Source: Candidatus Omnitrophota bacterium
Lineage (GTDB): Bacteria; Omnitrophota; Gorgyraeia; Duberdicusellales; 4484-171
Direction of reading: 5' to 3'
DNA: 64,000 bases
Assembly: GCA_037146775.1 (NCBI GenBank)
Contig: JBAWWL010000003.1
Location: forward strand, 133,956-197,955
Shown: piece by piece, positions 1 through 8,447 of the stretch
Layout: every line of letters starts with the position of its first letter
Numbering within the stretch: position 1 is the first letter of the stretch
Program-made: the position numbers and the translations under genes
Notes under the pieces: generated by a model
Seen by the model: the letters and a program-made list of their open reading frames with translations, nothing else
Databases searched by the model: none
Told to the model about the DNA's origin: nothing

Positions 1-2
1 TT

Positions 3-377
3 TTAAAGCCAGGAGCGCCAAAGCTTATCCGCGCGCAGGGTTCGTATATTGAAGATGAAGATATTGATAGCCTGACAAAATTTATACGTAATCAGGGCGG
101 CCCCATATATGAAACTGGTATCGTGGAAGGGGAAAAAAGGGCGGCGATGAACGTGCAGAGTGACGAATTACTTGACGATGCGGTAAAAACAATATTGCAG
201 GCGCGCCAGGCGTCGGCATCAATTTTACAGCGGCGTTTGCGCGTTGGTTATACCCGCGCTGCAAGGTTGCTCGATCTTATGGAACAACAGGGGATAGTCG
301 GCCCGTTCTGCGGTAGTAAAGCGAGAGAAATCCTGGTTGATCCCGAAGAATTTTTCAAGGAGAAAGAAAAAGTATGA
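3..377 (+). CDS. ftsK: DNA translocase FtsK/SpoIIIE, C-terminal part (5' truncated by window edge)
   Basis: Frame open from base 3 (LKPGAPKLIRAQGSYI); gamma-domain motif ASASILQRRLRVGYTRAARLLDLMEQQGIVGP; usual ftsK-rodZ-rimO-pgsA order. Confidence 0.93.
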   Translation, partial: LKPGAPKLIRAQGSYIEDEDIDSLTKFIRNQGGPIYETGIVEGEKRAAMNVQSDELLDDAVKTILQARQASASILQRRLRVGYTRAARLLDLMEQQGIVGPFCGSKAREILVDPEEFFKEKEKV

Positions 378-1126
378 CACTCGAAGAACTGTGCGCACGG
401 TTAGCCGCAAAGCGCCAAGAGCTTGGCTTAAGCATTGAGGAGGTAGTTGAGAAGACAAAGTTATACCCTTCAGTGATACGTGATATCGAGGCCGGCAGTA
501 TCGATAATATAAACTCCGCGTACCGCAAAGGTTTTATCAAGATCTATGCTTCATTTTTAAATATCAATGTTGAAGATTCCCTTGAACATATTTCTGTGTT
601 TGACACGAAGATCAATAAAACATTTCAGTCTCCCAAGGTAAAACAGCCTTCTTTAGAAAAAAAGATAAAGTTATCCATCAAGATCCCGCCCCACATAAAA
701 CGGTTGATAGTGATTATTCTTGTTGCTCTGTGCATAGTGTGGTTGGGCTTAAATTTTATTCGTCTTGTCGGCAAAAAAATAAAAGAATTACCCAAACCTA
801 AACATTCAGCGGTAAAACGAGAAACAGTACGCCCAAAAATTTCCCCGCCTTCCCAATTGAACCCACGAGAACTAAGTGTTTCGTTAACTGCCAAGCGGGA
901 GTGTATGATTACCGTAAAGGTTGACGGTAAGTCTCTTTTTCACGGCCCTTTTAAAAAAGGAGACAGGGAAACCTGGACAGGATATAAAGAAATAAACTTA
1001 AAGATCAGCGACGGTTCGTCCGTGTACATAGAAGTAAACGGTAAACCTCTTCCTTCTCTGACCACCACCCATAAAGCCATCAAGAGCCTCAAAGTGACCC
1101 CTTCCGGTGTTTCCGTCGATAAATGA
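374..1126 (+). CDS. rodZ: RodZ-like protein (N-terminal HTH, one TM helix, DUF4115-like C-terminus)
   Basis: RQELGLSIEEV...YRKGFIKIYASFL HTH motif, hydrophobic helix LIVIILVALCIVWLGL, beta-rich tail; synteny. Confidence 0.8.
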   Translation: MTLEELCARLAAKRQELGLSIEEVVEKTKLYPSVIRDIEAGSIDNINSAYRKGFIKIYASFLNINVEDSLEHISVFDTKINKTFQSPKVKQPSLEKKIKLSIKIPPHIKRLIVIILVALCIVWLGLNFIRLVGKKIKELPKPKHSAVKRETVRPKISPPSQLNPRELSVSLTAKRECMITVKVDGKSLFHGPFKKGDRETWTGYKEINLKISDGSSVYIEVNGKPLPSLTTTHKAIKSLKVTPSGVSVDK

Positions 1127-2379
1127 AGACGCTCGCAATAGTTTCTTTGGGTTGTTTTCGCAATACCTACGATTCGCAGGTAGTGCTGAAACGTTTTCTC
1201 GATCAAGGCTATAGCTTGCTTTCTCAGATATCCCTTGTTGATCCGGCTGCGCGCTGTGACACACTTCTCATTAATACCTGTGGTTTTATCGATAAAGCAA
1301 AGCAGGAAACGATACAATGCATTCGTGATGCCGTCGCGCTTAAGAAGAAAGGGAATATTAAAAAACTTATTGTGTTTGGCTGTCTTGTACAGCGTTACCG
1401 TAAAGATTTACAGCGTTCTTTTCCTCAGGTGGACCAGTGGCAAGGAGTAGAGCGTTTTGACTTGGCATCGTGCCATGAGAATACTCTATTACCCAGACAT
1501 ATCGGGTTTTTAAAAATTTGCGATGGTTGTATAAACAGATGCAGTTACTGCGCTATCCCGTTGATCAAGGGAGGGCTTATCAGTAAGCCCGCTCAGGAAA
1601 TCATCAAAGAAGCGCAATACTTAGATAAAAACGGAGTAAAAGAGCTCCATATTATCGGCCAGGATACCACTAGTTGGGGTGCTGATTTAGCAGGCCGTCC
1701 GGATCTTGCCCGGCTACTGAAAAGTATTATAAAAGCCACAAAGCATATCAGGTGGATACGCCTTCTTTATACGCATCCCCGGCATTTCACTAATTCCTTG
1801 CTTGACGTGATCGCCCAAGAGGAACGTATCTGTAAATATATTGATTTGCCTATTCAGCATATCAATGATAGAATTCTAAAGTTGATGGCGAGAGGAGTGA
1901 CTAAACAAGAGATAGTTAGTCTGATCGCTAAAATTCGTAAAAATGTGCGCAATTGCAGCTTGCGTACTTCGGTGATTGCCGGTTTTCCTACGGAATCAAA
2001 AATAGAATTTAAAGAGTTGCTTTCGTTTATCAAGGAAACAGAATTCGAAAAATTGGGAGCTTTTGTGTATTCCCGAGAAGAGGGGACCCTTGCGTATAAT
2101 TTTAAGCCGCAGGTACATTCTAAAACCAAAGAGAGCCGTTATCGGGAAATAATGCGTGTACAACAAGAGATATCGGCCAGATTAGGGCGGCGATATATCG
2201 GTAAGAGCCTGCCAATACTCGTAGATGGAAAAGAAGATGGTGTGTATATCGCCAGGACCCAGTATGATGCTTATGAGGTTGATGGCGTGGTGTATCTTGG
2301 CCGAAAAAATATCAAGGTAGGCGAATTTTATACGGCCTGCATAACGGATGCATACGAATACGATTTAGTAGGGGTGTAA
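1123..2379 (+). CDS. rimO: Methylthiotransferase, RimO type
   Basis: SLGC, INTCGFI and GCLVQRY motifs; CINRCSYC radical SAM motif; YIDLPIQH; C-terminal TRAM (EVDG). Confidence 0.88.
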   Translation: MKTLAIVSLGCFRNTYDSQVVLKRFLDQGYSLLSQISLVDPAARCDTLLINTCGFIDKAKQETIQCIRDAVALKKKGNIKKLIVFGCLVQRYRKDLQRSFPQVDQWQGVERFDLASCHENTLLPRHIGFLKICDGCINRCSYCAIPLIKGGLISKPAQEIIKEAQYLDKNGVKELHIIGQDTTSWGADLAGRPDLARLLKSIIKATKHIRWIRLLYTHPRHFTNSLLDVIAQEERICKYIDLPIQHINDRILKLMARGVTKQEIVSLIAKIRKNVRNCSLRTSVIAGFPTESKIEFKELLSFIKETEFEKLGAFVYSREEGTLAYNFKPQVHSKTKESRYREIMRVQQEISARLGRRYIGKSLPILVDGKEDGVYIARTQYDAYEVDGVVYLGRKNIKVGEFYTACITDAYEYDLVGV

Positions 2380-2380
2380 C

Positions 2381-2950
2381 ATGAATATTGCCAACCAACT
2401 GACATTTTTGCGCATTATTTTGGCTTTTCTATGTATAGGTTTTATTTTGGGTAACACCTTTTCCTCCATTCTCTTTGCTTTCGGTATTTTTATCGTTGCT
2501 TCGTTGACCGACTTTTTTGACGGTCTCCTGGCCAGGAAAAAAAATACGATTACGGATTTAGGAAAAATTCTCGATCCTATCGCGGATAAGATTCTTATTA
2601 TCGGAGTATTCCTGGCATTCTTGCAGCTGGACATTGTAGTGAACGCCTGGATGGTGAGCGTGATCATGCTTCGTGAATTCATTATCACCGGCATGCGCCT
2701 GTCCAATTTAAATAAGGGAGAGGTGTTGGAAGCAAAGCGTTGGGGTAAGCACAAGACGGTGTCCCAAATAGCGGCTATCATACTTATTTTTCTCTCATTA
2801 CTCTTGTCTATGAAATTTCCCCGCAACGAGTTTATTGCTTTCCTGTATACCAAGGTTACCTATGTAATTATGTGGTATGTGGTTGCGGTGACCTTGTTTT
2901 CCGGAGTGTATTATTTCTGGGTTAACCGGCGTTCGATAAAGACGTTTTAA
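2381..2950 (+). CDS. pgsA: CDP-diacylglycerol--glycerol-3-phosphate 3-phosphatidyltransferase
   Basis: ANQLTFLRI; TDFFDGLLAR...GKILDPIADK CDP-alcohol phosphotransferase motif. Confidence 0.95.
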   Translation: MNIANQLTFLRIILAFLCIGFILGNTFSSILFAFGIFIVASLTDFFDGLLARKKNTITDLGKILDPIADKILIIGVFLAFLQLDIVVNAWMVSVIMLREFIITGMRLSNLNKGEVLEAKRWGKHKTVSQIAAIILIFLSLLLSMKFPRNEFIAFLYTKVTYVIMWYVVAVTLFSGVYYFWVNRRSIKTF

Positions 2951-2986
2951 AAAGCTTAGAGCAAGTTGTCGCGGGGGTATAGGAAT

Positions 2987-3445
2987 ATGGCAAAATTATC
3001 CGTTAACGATAAGATTTGTGTAATTATCACCAGCCTTTTTGGCGTTGGTTTTGCGCCGCTTTTCGGCGGCACGCTTGCTTCGGTTGTTGCGGTAGCCGTG
3101 TTTCTCCTGGTAAAAAGTCAGTTCTATTTTTCTCTGATTACTGTTTTTTCGATTATTCTTGCTTTTGCGTTATCCGGACACGCCGAAAAAATTTGGGACG
3201 AAAAAGATTCCAAGAAAATCGTTATTGATGATTTCTGCGGAATGCTTGTTTCGTTGCTGTTTATCCCGTACGACATGCGGATGGTGGCGTGTGGTTTTGT
3301 CGTATTTCGTTTGTTTGATGCTTTCAAGGTTCCGCCTATCGATAGAATCGAAAACCTCAAAGGCGCAGCCGGCGTAGTGGGCGACGATATAGCGGCCGGC
3401 CTGTATACCCTCGTTATTCTTCATATAACCAAACTTTTTATTTAA
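2987..3445 (+). CDS. pgpA: Phosphatidylglycerophosphatase A
   Basis: GTLAS, IVIDD, FRLFDAFK, GVVGDDIAAG motifs; ATG 2987 preferred over TTG 2966. Confidence 0.9.
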   Translation: MAKLSVNDKICVIITSLFGVGFAPLFGGTLASVVAVAVFLLVKSQFYFSLITVFSIILAFALSGHAEKIWDEKDSKKIVIDDFCGMLVSLLFIPYDMRMVACGFVVFRLFDAFKVPPIDRIENLKGAAGVVGDDIAAGLYTLVILHITKLFI

Positions 3446-3504
3446 TGAGCACATTATTTTTTCTGCGTGTTTCCGCACTTAGAAAAAAATAATAGTGCGA
3501 ATTA
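3443..3504. repeat. ~60 bp palindromic miniature element, copy 1
   Basis: TAATGAGCACATTATTTTTT...AAAAAAATAATAGTGCGAATTA; arms match 37741-37800 in reverse complement. Confidence 0.75.
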
Positions 3505-3568
3505 TCCCGCCGTAGTCGCTAATAATTCCCTACGGTAATTCTTAGCGTATCTGGCGAAGGCGGGATAA
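3502..3568. repeat. REP-like inverted repeat
   Basis: TTATCCCGCC (3502-3511) pairs with GGCGGGATAA (3559-3568); inner CGCTAA/TTAGCG stem. Confidence 0.6.
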
Positions 3569-3569
3569 C

Positions 3570-3709
3570 GTCAAATCCACCGACTTATAGTCGGTGGTGG
3601 GGCTCAAGGGGGCGAAGTTCCCATACCCTATGTTGTCCACCAACAAAGTTGGTGGCAGGTATTCAAAGATATTTGGGAGAAACCACCGAAGAATTCGGTG
3701 GTAATTCAT
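3570..3709. mobile_element. Non-autonomous IS200/IS605-like remnant with three CCACC...GGTGG hairpins
   Basis: Starts GTCAA; hairpins at 3577-3597, 3637-3655 and 3682-3702; ends TTCAT; last hairpin has the same flanks as 32555-32588; no ORF. Confidence 0.55.
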
Positions 3710-3733
3710 GCGACTCGCTAGATACCCCCAACC

Positions 3734-4285
3734 TTATCCTTTTTTCATGGCTGCGGAGAATATTCTTTCATATACCGGGCCGGTAGGCTTGAGGGTGCTT
3801 TTAAAAAGAACAATTTCCTTAACAGGCATTTTTTCCTGAACGGAAACTTTTTTTAGTTCATTTTTTAAGGCTTCGATATTTTTTGTGCTTTTTAACCGGG
3901 CCAAGGTAATGTGCGAAGTGAATCTATTTTCTTTGGCAAATCCCAACTTCTCAAGCGCATCTTCCAGTTTCATTGCTATATGTTTTAATTCTTCTTCTCT
4001 GTTTGTTGCCACAAAGAATACGCGGGGGTGTTTTTCGTTGGGGAAGAATCCAAAGTTATTTAAAGTTGCTTCCAGGCAGCTAGACCAGTCGGCAGCCTCT
4101 TTAATAACTTTTTGAATCTCCGCTATCTTTTCTTCAGTTACTTCCCCTAGGAACTTGAGGCTGAGATGAAGATTTTTATCTTGAACCCATTTTGCATCCA
4201 AGTCGTATTTCGTAAACCCCTTTATCAATAAAGCGAGTTTTTGTTTGATTTCGTCAGGCAGGTCTATGGCGATGAATAAACGCAT
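3734..4285 (-). CDS. thpR: RNA 2',3'-cyclic phosphodiesterase (2H family)
   Basis: MRLFIAI start; two Hx(S/T) motifs (HLSLKFLG, HITLAR); GPVYE tail. Confidence 0.93.
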   Translation of the reverse strand: MRLFIAIDLPDEIKQKLALLIKGFTKYDLDAKWVQDKNLHLSLKFLGEVTEEKIAEIQKVIKEAADWSSCLEATLNNFGFFPNEKHPRVFFVATNREEELKHIAMKLEDALEKLGFAKENRFTSHITLARLKSTKNIEALKNELKKVSVQEKMPVKEIVLFKSTLKPTGPVYERIFSAAMKKG

Positions 4286-4338
4286 AATGAGAATTAAATA
4301 ATTAACGAATTAACTTATTTATAGCACTTATAAATAGT

Positions 4339-4452
4339 TTACGGTTATCGGCTACGTCACCCGCTTCGTCTGAACGGTTACGTTATTGGTCTTTATATAT
4401 AAGCCGTTACCGTTAAACGTAACCGATACGAGCATCGTAACCGGTTAACGTA
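4339..4452. repeat. Degenerate hexamer-periodic inverted repeat (GTTACG / CGTAAC units)
   Basis: TTACGGTTATCGGCTACG...ACGGTTACGTTA...CCGTTACCGTTAAACGTAACCG...CGTAACCGG between cinA and thpR. Confidence 0.5.
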
Positions 4453-4924
4453 CAACGCATATATTTAATTTTTTGTATAATAAATCTATTGCCAGTAGGC
4501 TTGCTTTTTTCCTGACCGTATCCCTACTTCCTTTGATAACTATTTTTTTTATTTTAACGGTGCCGGCGTATGCTATCGCGATATATACTGTTCCGGCTTT
4601 TACGCCTTTTATAGTTTGCGGACCGGCAAAGCCAACTATTGATACGCCGATATCCGAATCAAAAATGGTACGTATACCCAGAGCAAGTGTTTTTGCTACA
4701 TTGCCCGAAACTCCTTGTGTTTTTTCCAGCAGAGGATAGGGAATCTTGAAAAATTTCTCCTTCGCTTTCAAAGAATACACGATAATCCCCCCCCTAAATA
4801 CCTTAGAACTGCCGGGTATTTTCGTTACAAGATACGAAAGATACCCCGCACTGCAAGATTCTGCGGCAGCAAGGGTCAGTCCTTTATTTTTAAGGGTAAC
4901 TATAAGGTTTTGGGGTGAATGCAT
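4445..4924 (-). CDS. cinA: CinA C-terminal domain protein / NMN deamidase (PncC)
   Basis: LAAAESCSAG, PGSSKVFRGGIIVYS, GFAGP, GTVYIAI motifs; stand-alone domain. Confidence 0.88.
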   Translation of the reverse strand: MHSPQNLIVTLKNKGLTLAAAESCSAGYLSYLVTKIPGSSKVFRGGIIVYSLKAKEKFFKIPYPLLEKTQGVSGNVAKTLALGIRTIFDSDIGVSIVGFAGPQTIKGVKAGTVYIAIAYAGTVKIKKIVIKGSRDTVRKKASLLAIDLLYKKLNICVVR

Positions 4925-4985
4925 AACAGTATTATTCTACCAAAAATTGCCGTTTAATAAACAGTAAATCTCGTGTTATCTTTAA

Positions 4986-5042
4986 TGATAACGATTATTG
5001 TTTAATAATAATTATTGACAAAATATAAAAGCATGTTACAGT
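4986..5042 (+). promoter_or_regulatory. Sigma70 promoter overlapped by two Fur/PerR-box-like sites
   Basis: TGATAAC-G-ATTATTG (4986-5000) and TAATAAT-A-ATTATTG (5003-5017) resemble 7-1-7 boxes; TTGACA 5015-5020, TGn-TACAGT 5037-5042. Confidence 0.6.
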
Positions 5043-5051
5043 AACCTAATT

Positions 5052-5459
5052 ATGGAAGACTGTATAAAAATTTTAAAACAAAAGGGCGTTAAGGTAACCA
5101 GCCAGCGTACGGAAGTTTTTCGCGTGTTACGCAGCGTGCAGGAGCATTTGAGCGTTGAAGAGGTGTTCGATAAGGTACGTAAGAAATTCCCGGTAATTTC
5201 CCTGGCCACGGTATATTCTATTTTAGAAGCGCTCAAAAACAATAGTTTAATTGAGGAATTACGGATTATTCCCGAGAAGGCTTGTTTTAATGTGCGTACC
5301 GACCTACACCATCATTTTTACTGTAAAAAATGTAAAAAGATCAGTGACGTAGATATACCTTTTTGTGCTACCTTAGACAAGAAAGAAGTAGCCGGAAATC
5401 TTATAGAGGAATGCAAAGGTTATTTTTATGGCATATGTAAAGCGTGCAGAAAAAAATAG
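5052..5459 (+). CDS. Fur-family regulator, PerR-like
   Basis: KVTSQR, HLSVEEV, ISLATVY, HHHFYCKKC and C-terminal CKAC. Confidence 0.92.
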   Translation: MEDCIKILKQKGVKVTSQRTEVFRVLRSVQEHLSVEEVFDKVRKKFPVISLATVYSILEALKNNSLIEELRIIPEKACFNVRTDLHHHFYCKKCKKISDVDIPFCATLDKKEVAGNLIEECKGYFYGICKACRKK

Positions 5460-5460
5460 T

Positions 5461-6402
5461 ATGTTGAAACCAAAAATTTCCATTATAGGTGCGGGTAATG
5501 TGGGTATTCGTTACGCGTATAGTCTCATGATGTCGGGATTTGCCCGTTCCATTGTTATTGTCGACGTTGATGCCAAACGCGCACAAGGGGAGGTTTTGGA
5601 TTTAGCCAGCGGCCTGCCGTATGTTTCTCCGGTAGAGATATTGGCAGGCGATTATACAGACATAGTGTATTCGGACGTTGTGGTGATCACCGCCGGGAAG
5701 AAACAGAAACCCGGTCAAACTCGGTTAGAGTTGGTTAAAGATAATGTAGAAATTTTTAGAAGTATTATTCCTCAGATTATCCGTTACGCTAAAGAAGCGA
5801 TTTTAGTAATTGCGACGAATCCGGTGGATATTCTTTCTTATGCCACATACAGAATTTCCGGCAAACCCTGGCAGGAAATCATAGGTTCAGGGACGGTTTT
5901 AGATACAGCGCGCCTGCGCCTGCTGTTATCAAAACACTGTGATATTGACAGTCGCAATATTCACGCCTATATTTTAGGCGAACACGGTGATAGCGAACTT
6001 CCGGTATGGAGCAGTGCCATGCTTGGCGGCACATTCTTGAAAGACTATTGCCCGCTTTGCAATAAGTGTAACCCCCATGACACGCTTAACGCTATTTTCG
6101 AAGAGGTAAAAACTTTTGCTTATCGAGTGATAGAGCGCAAGGGAGAAACTTCGTACGGTATAGGGTTGGCCTTGACGAGAATCACCGAGGCAATCGTGAA
6201 AGATGAGAATTCGGTATTGCCTGTTTCCTGCCTTGCTCAAGATTATTATAAGATACACGAAGTATATATGGGATTACCAGCCGTGGTGTGCCGCAAGGGA
6301 GTAAGAGAAATATTGAAACTACAATTAAACAGCGAAGAGACAAAACAGCTAGAGTTTTCGGCACAAACCTTAAAATCGGTCATAAAGGAAGTGGGGCTAT
6401 GA
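5461..6402 (+). CDS. ldh: L-lactate dehydrogenase
   Basis: GAGNVG; TAGKKQKPGQTRLEL with the LDH-type Gln; NPVD; GTVLDTAR; GEHGDS; start at ATG 5461. Confidence 0.9.
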   Translation: MLKPKISIIGAGNVGIRYAYSLMMSGFARSIVIVDVDAKRAQGEVLDLASGLPYVSPVEILAGDYTDIVYSDVVVITAGKKQKPGQTRLELVKDNVEIFRSIIPQIIRYAKEAILVIATNPVDILSYATYRISGKPWQEIIGSGTVLDTARLRLLLSKHCDIDSRNIHAYILGEHGDSELPVWSSAMLGGTFLKDYCPLCNKCNPHDTLNAIFEEVKTFAYRVIERKGETSYGIGLALTRITEAIVKDENSVLPVSCLAQDYYKIHEVYMGLPAVVCRKGVREILKLQLNSEETKQLEFSAQTLKSVIKEVGL

Positions 6403-7109
6403 AAGAAGTGCGGGCAGTTTTTATCGAGCGTATCGACCGTACCCCGACAGTAGCCAGTTTCCGTTTTCAGCCGAACGAAAAAGTAACGTTTATTCCGGGG
6501 CAGTTCTTGCAAGTTATATTCGATGGGCAAAATAAGAACAATAAAGATCTGAATAAGTATTTATCTTTTTCGGCCTCTCCGGATAAAGCCTATATAGAGG
6601 TAACAAAACGACTAAGCACAAGCATGTTTTCTCAAAAATTATCCGGCCTAAAAAACGGGGATGAGGTAATGTTAAAATTACCGTTAGGCAATTGTACCTT
6701 ACGGCCGGAATATAAAAAAGTCGCATTTTTAATCGGCGGTATCGGCATTACCCCGGTTATCTCGATAGTAGAGTATGCGTGTCAGCGACAGTTGGATATT
6801 GATATAGCCTTGTTTTATTCAAATAAGAGCTACGAAGAAATCGCTTTTAAAAAAGAACTGGATACCTGGCAAAAACAATATGATCACTTGAAAGTTTTTT
6901 ATACCTTAACTGCTTGCGAATCGCAATATGACGATTGCCGTTTCGGCTATATTGACAGTCATTTATTGCAAACTGCCCTTGCCGATATATCCAGCCGGGT
7001 ATTTTTTATCTTTGGTCCGCCAAAGATGGTAGAAGCAATGAATAAGGTTTGTATTGAGGCGGGCTGCGGAAAAGAAAATATAAAAACCGAAAGTTTTCTT
7101 GGCTATTAG
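6399..7109 (+). CDS. FAD/NAD(P)-binding oxidoreductase, ferredoxin reductase-like
   Basis: FIPGQF, KYLSFSASP, GGIGITP, FGPPKMV, ESF tail; ATGA overlap with the ldh stop. Confidence 0.88.
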   Translation: MKEVRAVFIERIDRTPTVASFRFQPNEKVTFIPGQFLQVIFDGQNKNNKDLNKYLSFSASPDKAYIEVTKRLSTSMFSQKLSGLKNGDEVMLKLPLGNCTLRPEYKKVAFLIGGIGITPVISIVEYACQRQLDIDIALFYSNKSYEEIAFKKELDTWQKQYDHLKVFYTLTACESQYDDCRFGYIDSHLLQTALADISSRVFFIFGPPKMVEAMNKVCIEAGCGKENIKTESFLGY

Positions 7110-7150
7110 GCGTTACAAGGTTATAATAAAGCCCTAAAAAAGGAGGGAAG

Positions 7151-7378
7151 ATGCTTAAAGAACAAGTAGAAAAAGTTTTAGACCAGCTTCGGCCGTCATT
7201 ACAAGCCGACGGTGGAGATGTAGAGTTGGTTGAAGTTACCGATGCAGGCATAGTAAAACTACGTTTGAAGGGAGCGTGTGGTTGTTGTCCAATGAGTACG
7301 TATACGCTTAAATTAGGCATTGAGCAGAAGTTGAAAGAAGAGCTTCCTGAAATTAAGAAAGTAGAACAGGTTAAATAA
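7151..7378 (+). CDS. NifU/Nfu C-terminal domain protein
   Basis: [14 protein letters not shown]...GACGCCPMS; SD AGGAGG. Confidence 0.92.
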   Translation: MLKEQVEKVLDQLRPSLQADGGDVELVEVTDAGIVKLRLKGACGCCPMSTYTLKLGIEQKLKEELPEIKKVEQVK

Positions 7379-7453
7379 GGGGTAAAATAATGGGAAAGAA
7401 CTTTAACTTTTCGGTTTTGCTGCGTACTATCTTGTATCAAAGCGAGGTGTAAT

Positions 7454-7849
7454 ATGGCATCAGTAAAAGATTTATTGCAAAGTGCAGATTGGAAGAAAGA
7501 AAAGCATGTTCCGGTGATTGAGGCTTTGGACAAAGTGCAAAAAGGTACGGCAGTATCAATTACGGTCAGCGTTGGGAAGGAGATAGCGCATCCTAATACC
7601 ACCGAGCATCATATCAGCTGGGTTGCGGTGTACTTTCTTGCTAAGGCAGAGAAGTTTACCTATCAGATAGGCAGATTTGACTTTGCTGCGCATGGCGCAT
7701 CAAGTCAGGGGCCGAACACAAGCACGGTCTATACTGAGCCGAAAGTGGTTTTAACCGTAAAAACGGATAAGCCGGGTACCATTATGGCCATTTCGTATTG
7801 TAACATTCACGGTCTTTGGGAGAACGCAAAGGAAATAGAGGTTGTCTAA
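7454..7849 (+). CDS. Superoxide reductase-like (class II SORL/neelaredoxin) protein
   Basis: EKHVP, HPNTTEHHI, YCNIHGLW iron ligands. Confidence 0.92.
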   Translation: MASVKDLLQSADWKKEKHVPVIEALDKVQKGTAVSITVSVGKEIAHPNTTEHHISWVAVYFLAKAEKFTYQIGRFDFAAHGASSQGPNTSTVYTEPKVVLTVKTDKPGTIMAISYCNIHGLWENAKEIEVV

Positions 7850-7863
7850 AAAGGAGGTTACCT

Positions 7864-8352
7864 ATGGATAAAAAGTTACAGCAGGCGTATAACGAGCAAA
7901 TAAAGAATGAACTTGCTTCCGGATATCTTTATCTTTCCATGGCTGCCTATTTTGAAGCTCAAAATTTACCCGGTTTCGCCCACTGGATGAAGGTACAGGC
8001 AAAAGAAGAACAGGGCCATGCAATGAAAATGTTTGATTTTCTTAACGACCGGGGTGTGAGGGTGATCTTGAAAGAAATTCCCCAGCCGCAGGTTGATTTC
8101 TCTTCAGCCAGAGAAATTTTCGAAGAAACACTCAAGCACGAGAAAAAAGTTACGGAGTTAATCAACAAACTTTATGAATTGTCACAGAAAGTTAACGATC
8201 ATGCTTCGGCGGTATTTCTGCAGTGGTTTATTAACGAGCAAGTAGAAGAAGAATCGAATCCCACGAAAATAATTATGGATTTAGAGGTTATTGGCGAGCA
8301 AGGCCCGGCATTGATTATGCTTGATCGAGAATTAGCCAAACGCGAAGGATAA
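7864..8352 (+). CDS. ftn: Non-heme ferritin
   Basis: YLYLSMAAYF, EEQGHAMK, FLQWFINEQVEEE; SD AGGAGG before ATG 7864. Confidence 0.94.
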   Translation: MDKKLQQAYNEQIKNELASGYLYLSMAAYFEAQNLPGFAHWMKVQAKEEQGHAMKMFDFLNDRGVRVILKEIPQPQVDFSSAREIFEETLKHEKKVTELINKLYELSQKVNDHASAVFLQWFINEQVEEESNPTKIIMDLEVIGEQGPALIMLDRELAKREG

Positions 8353-8367
8353 GATTATTCTTACATC

Positions 8368-8405
8368 ATGGGGGTATATATTCAAAATAGGATATATACC
8401 CCCAT
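8368..8405. terminator. Strong hairpin after ferritin (possible terminator or RNA stabiliser)
   Basis: ATGGGGGTATATA (8368-8380) / TATATACCCCCAT (8393-8405), perfect 13 bp stem; weak U tract. Confidence 0.5.
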
Positions 8406-8447
8406 TATGGTTTTACGATCACAGAGAATAAAAAACAATACAAGAAG

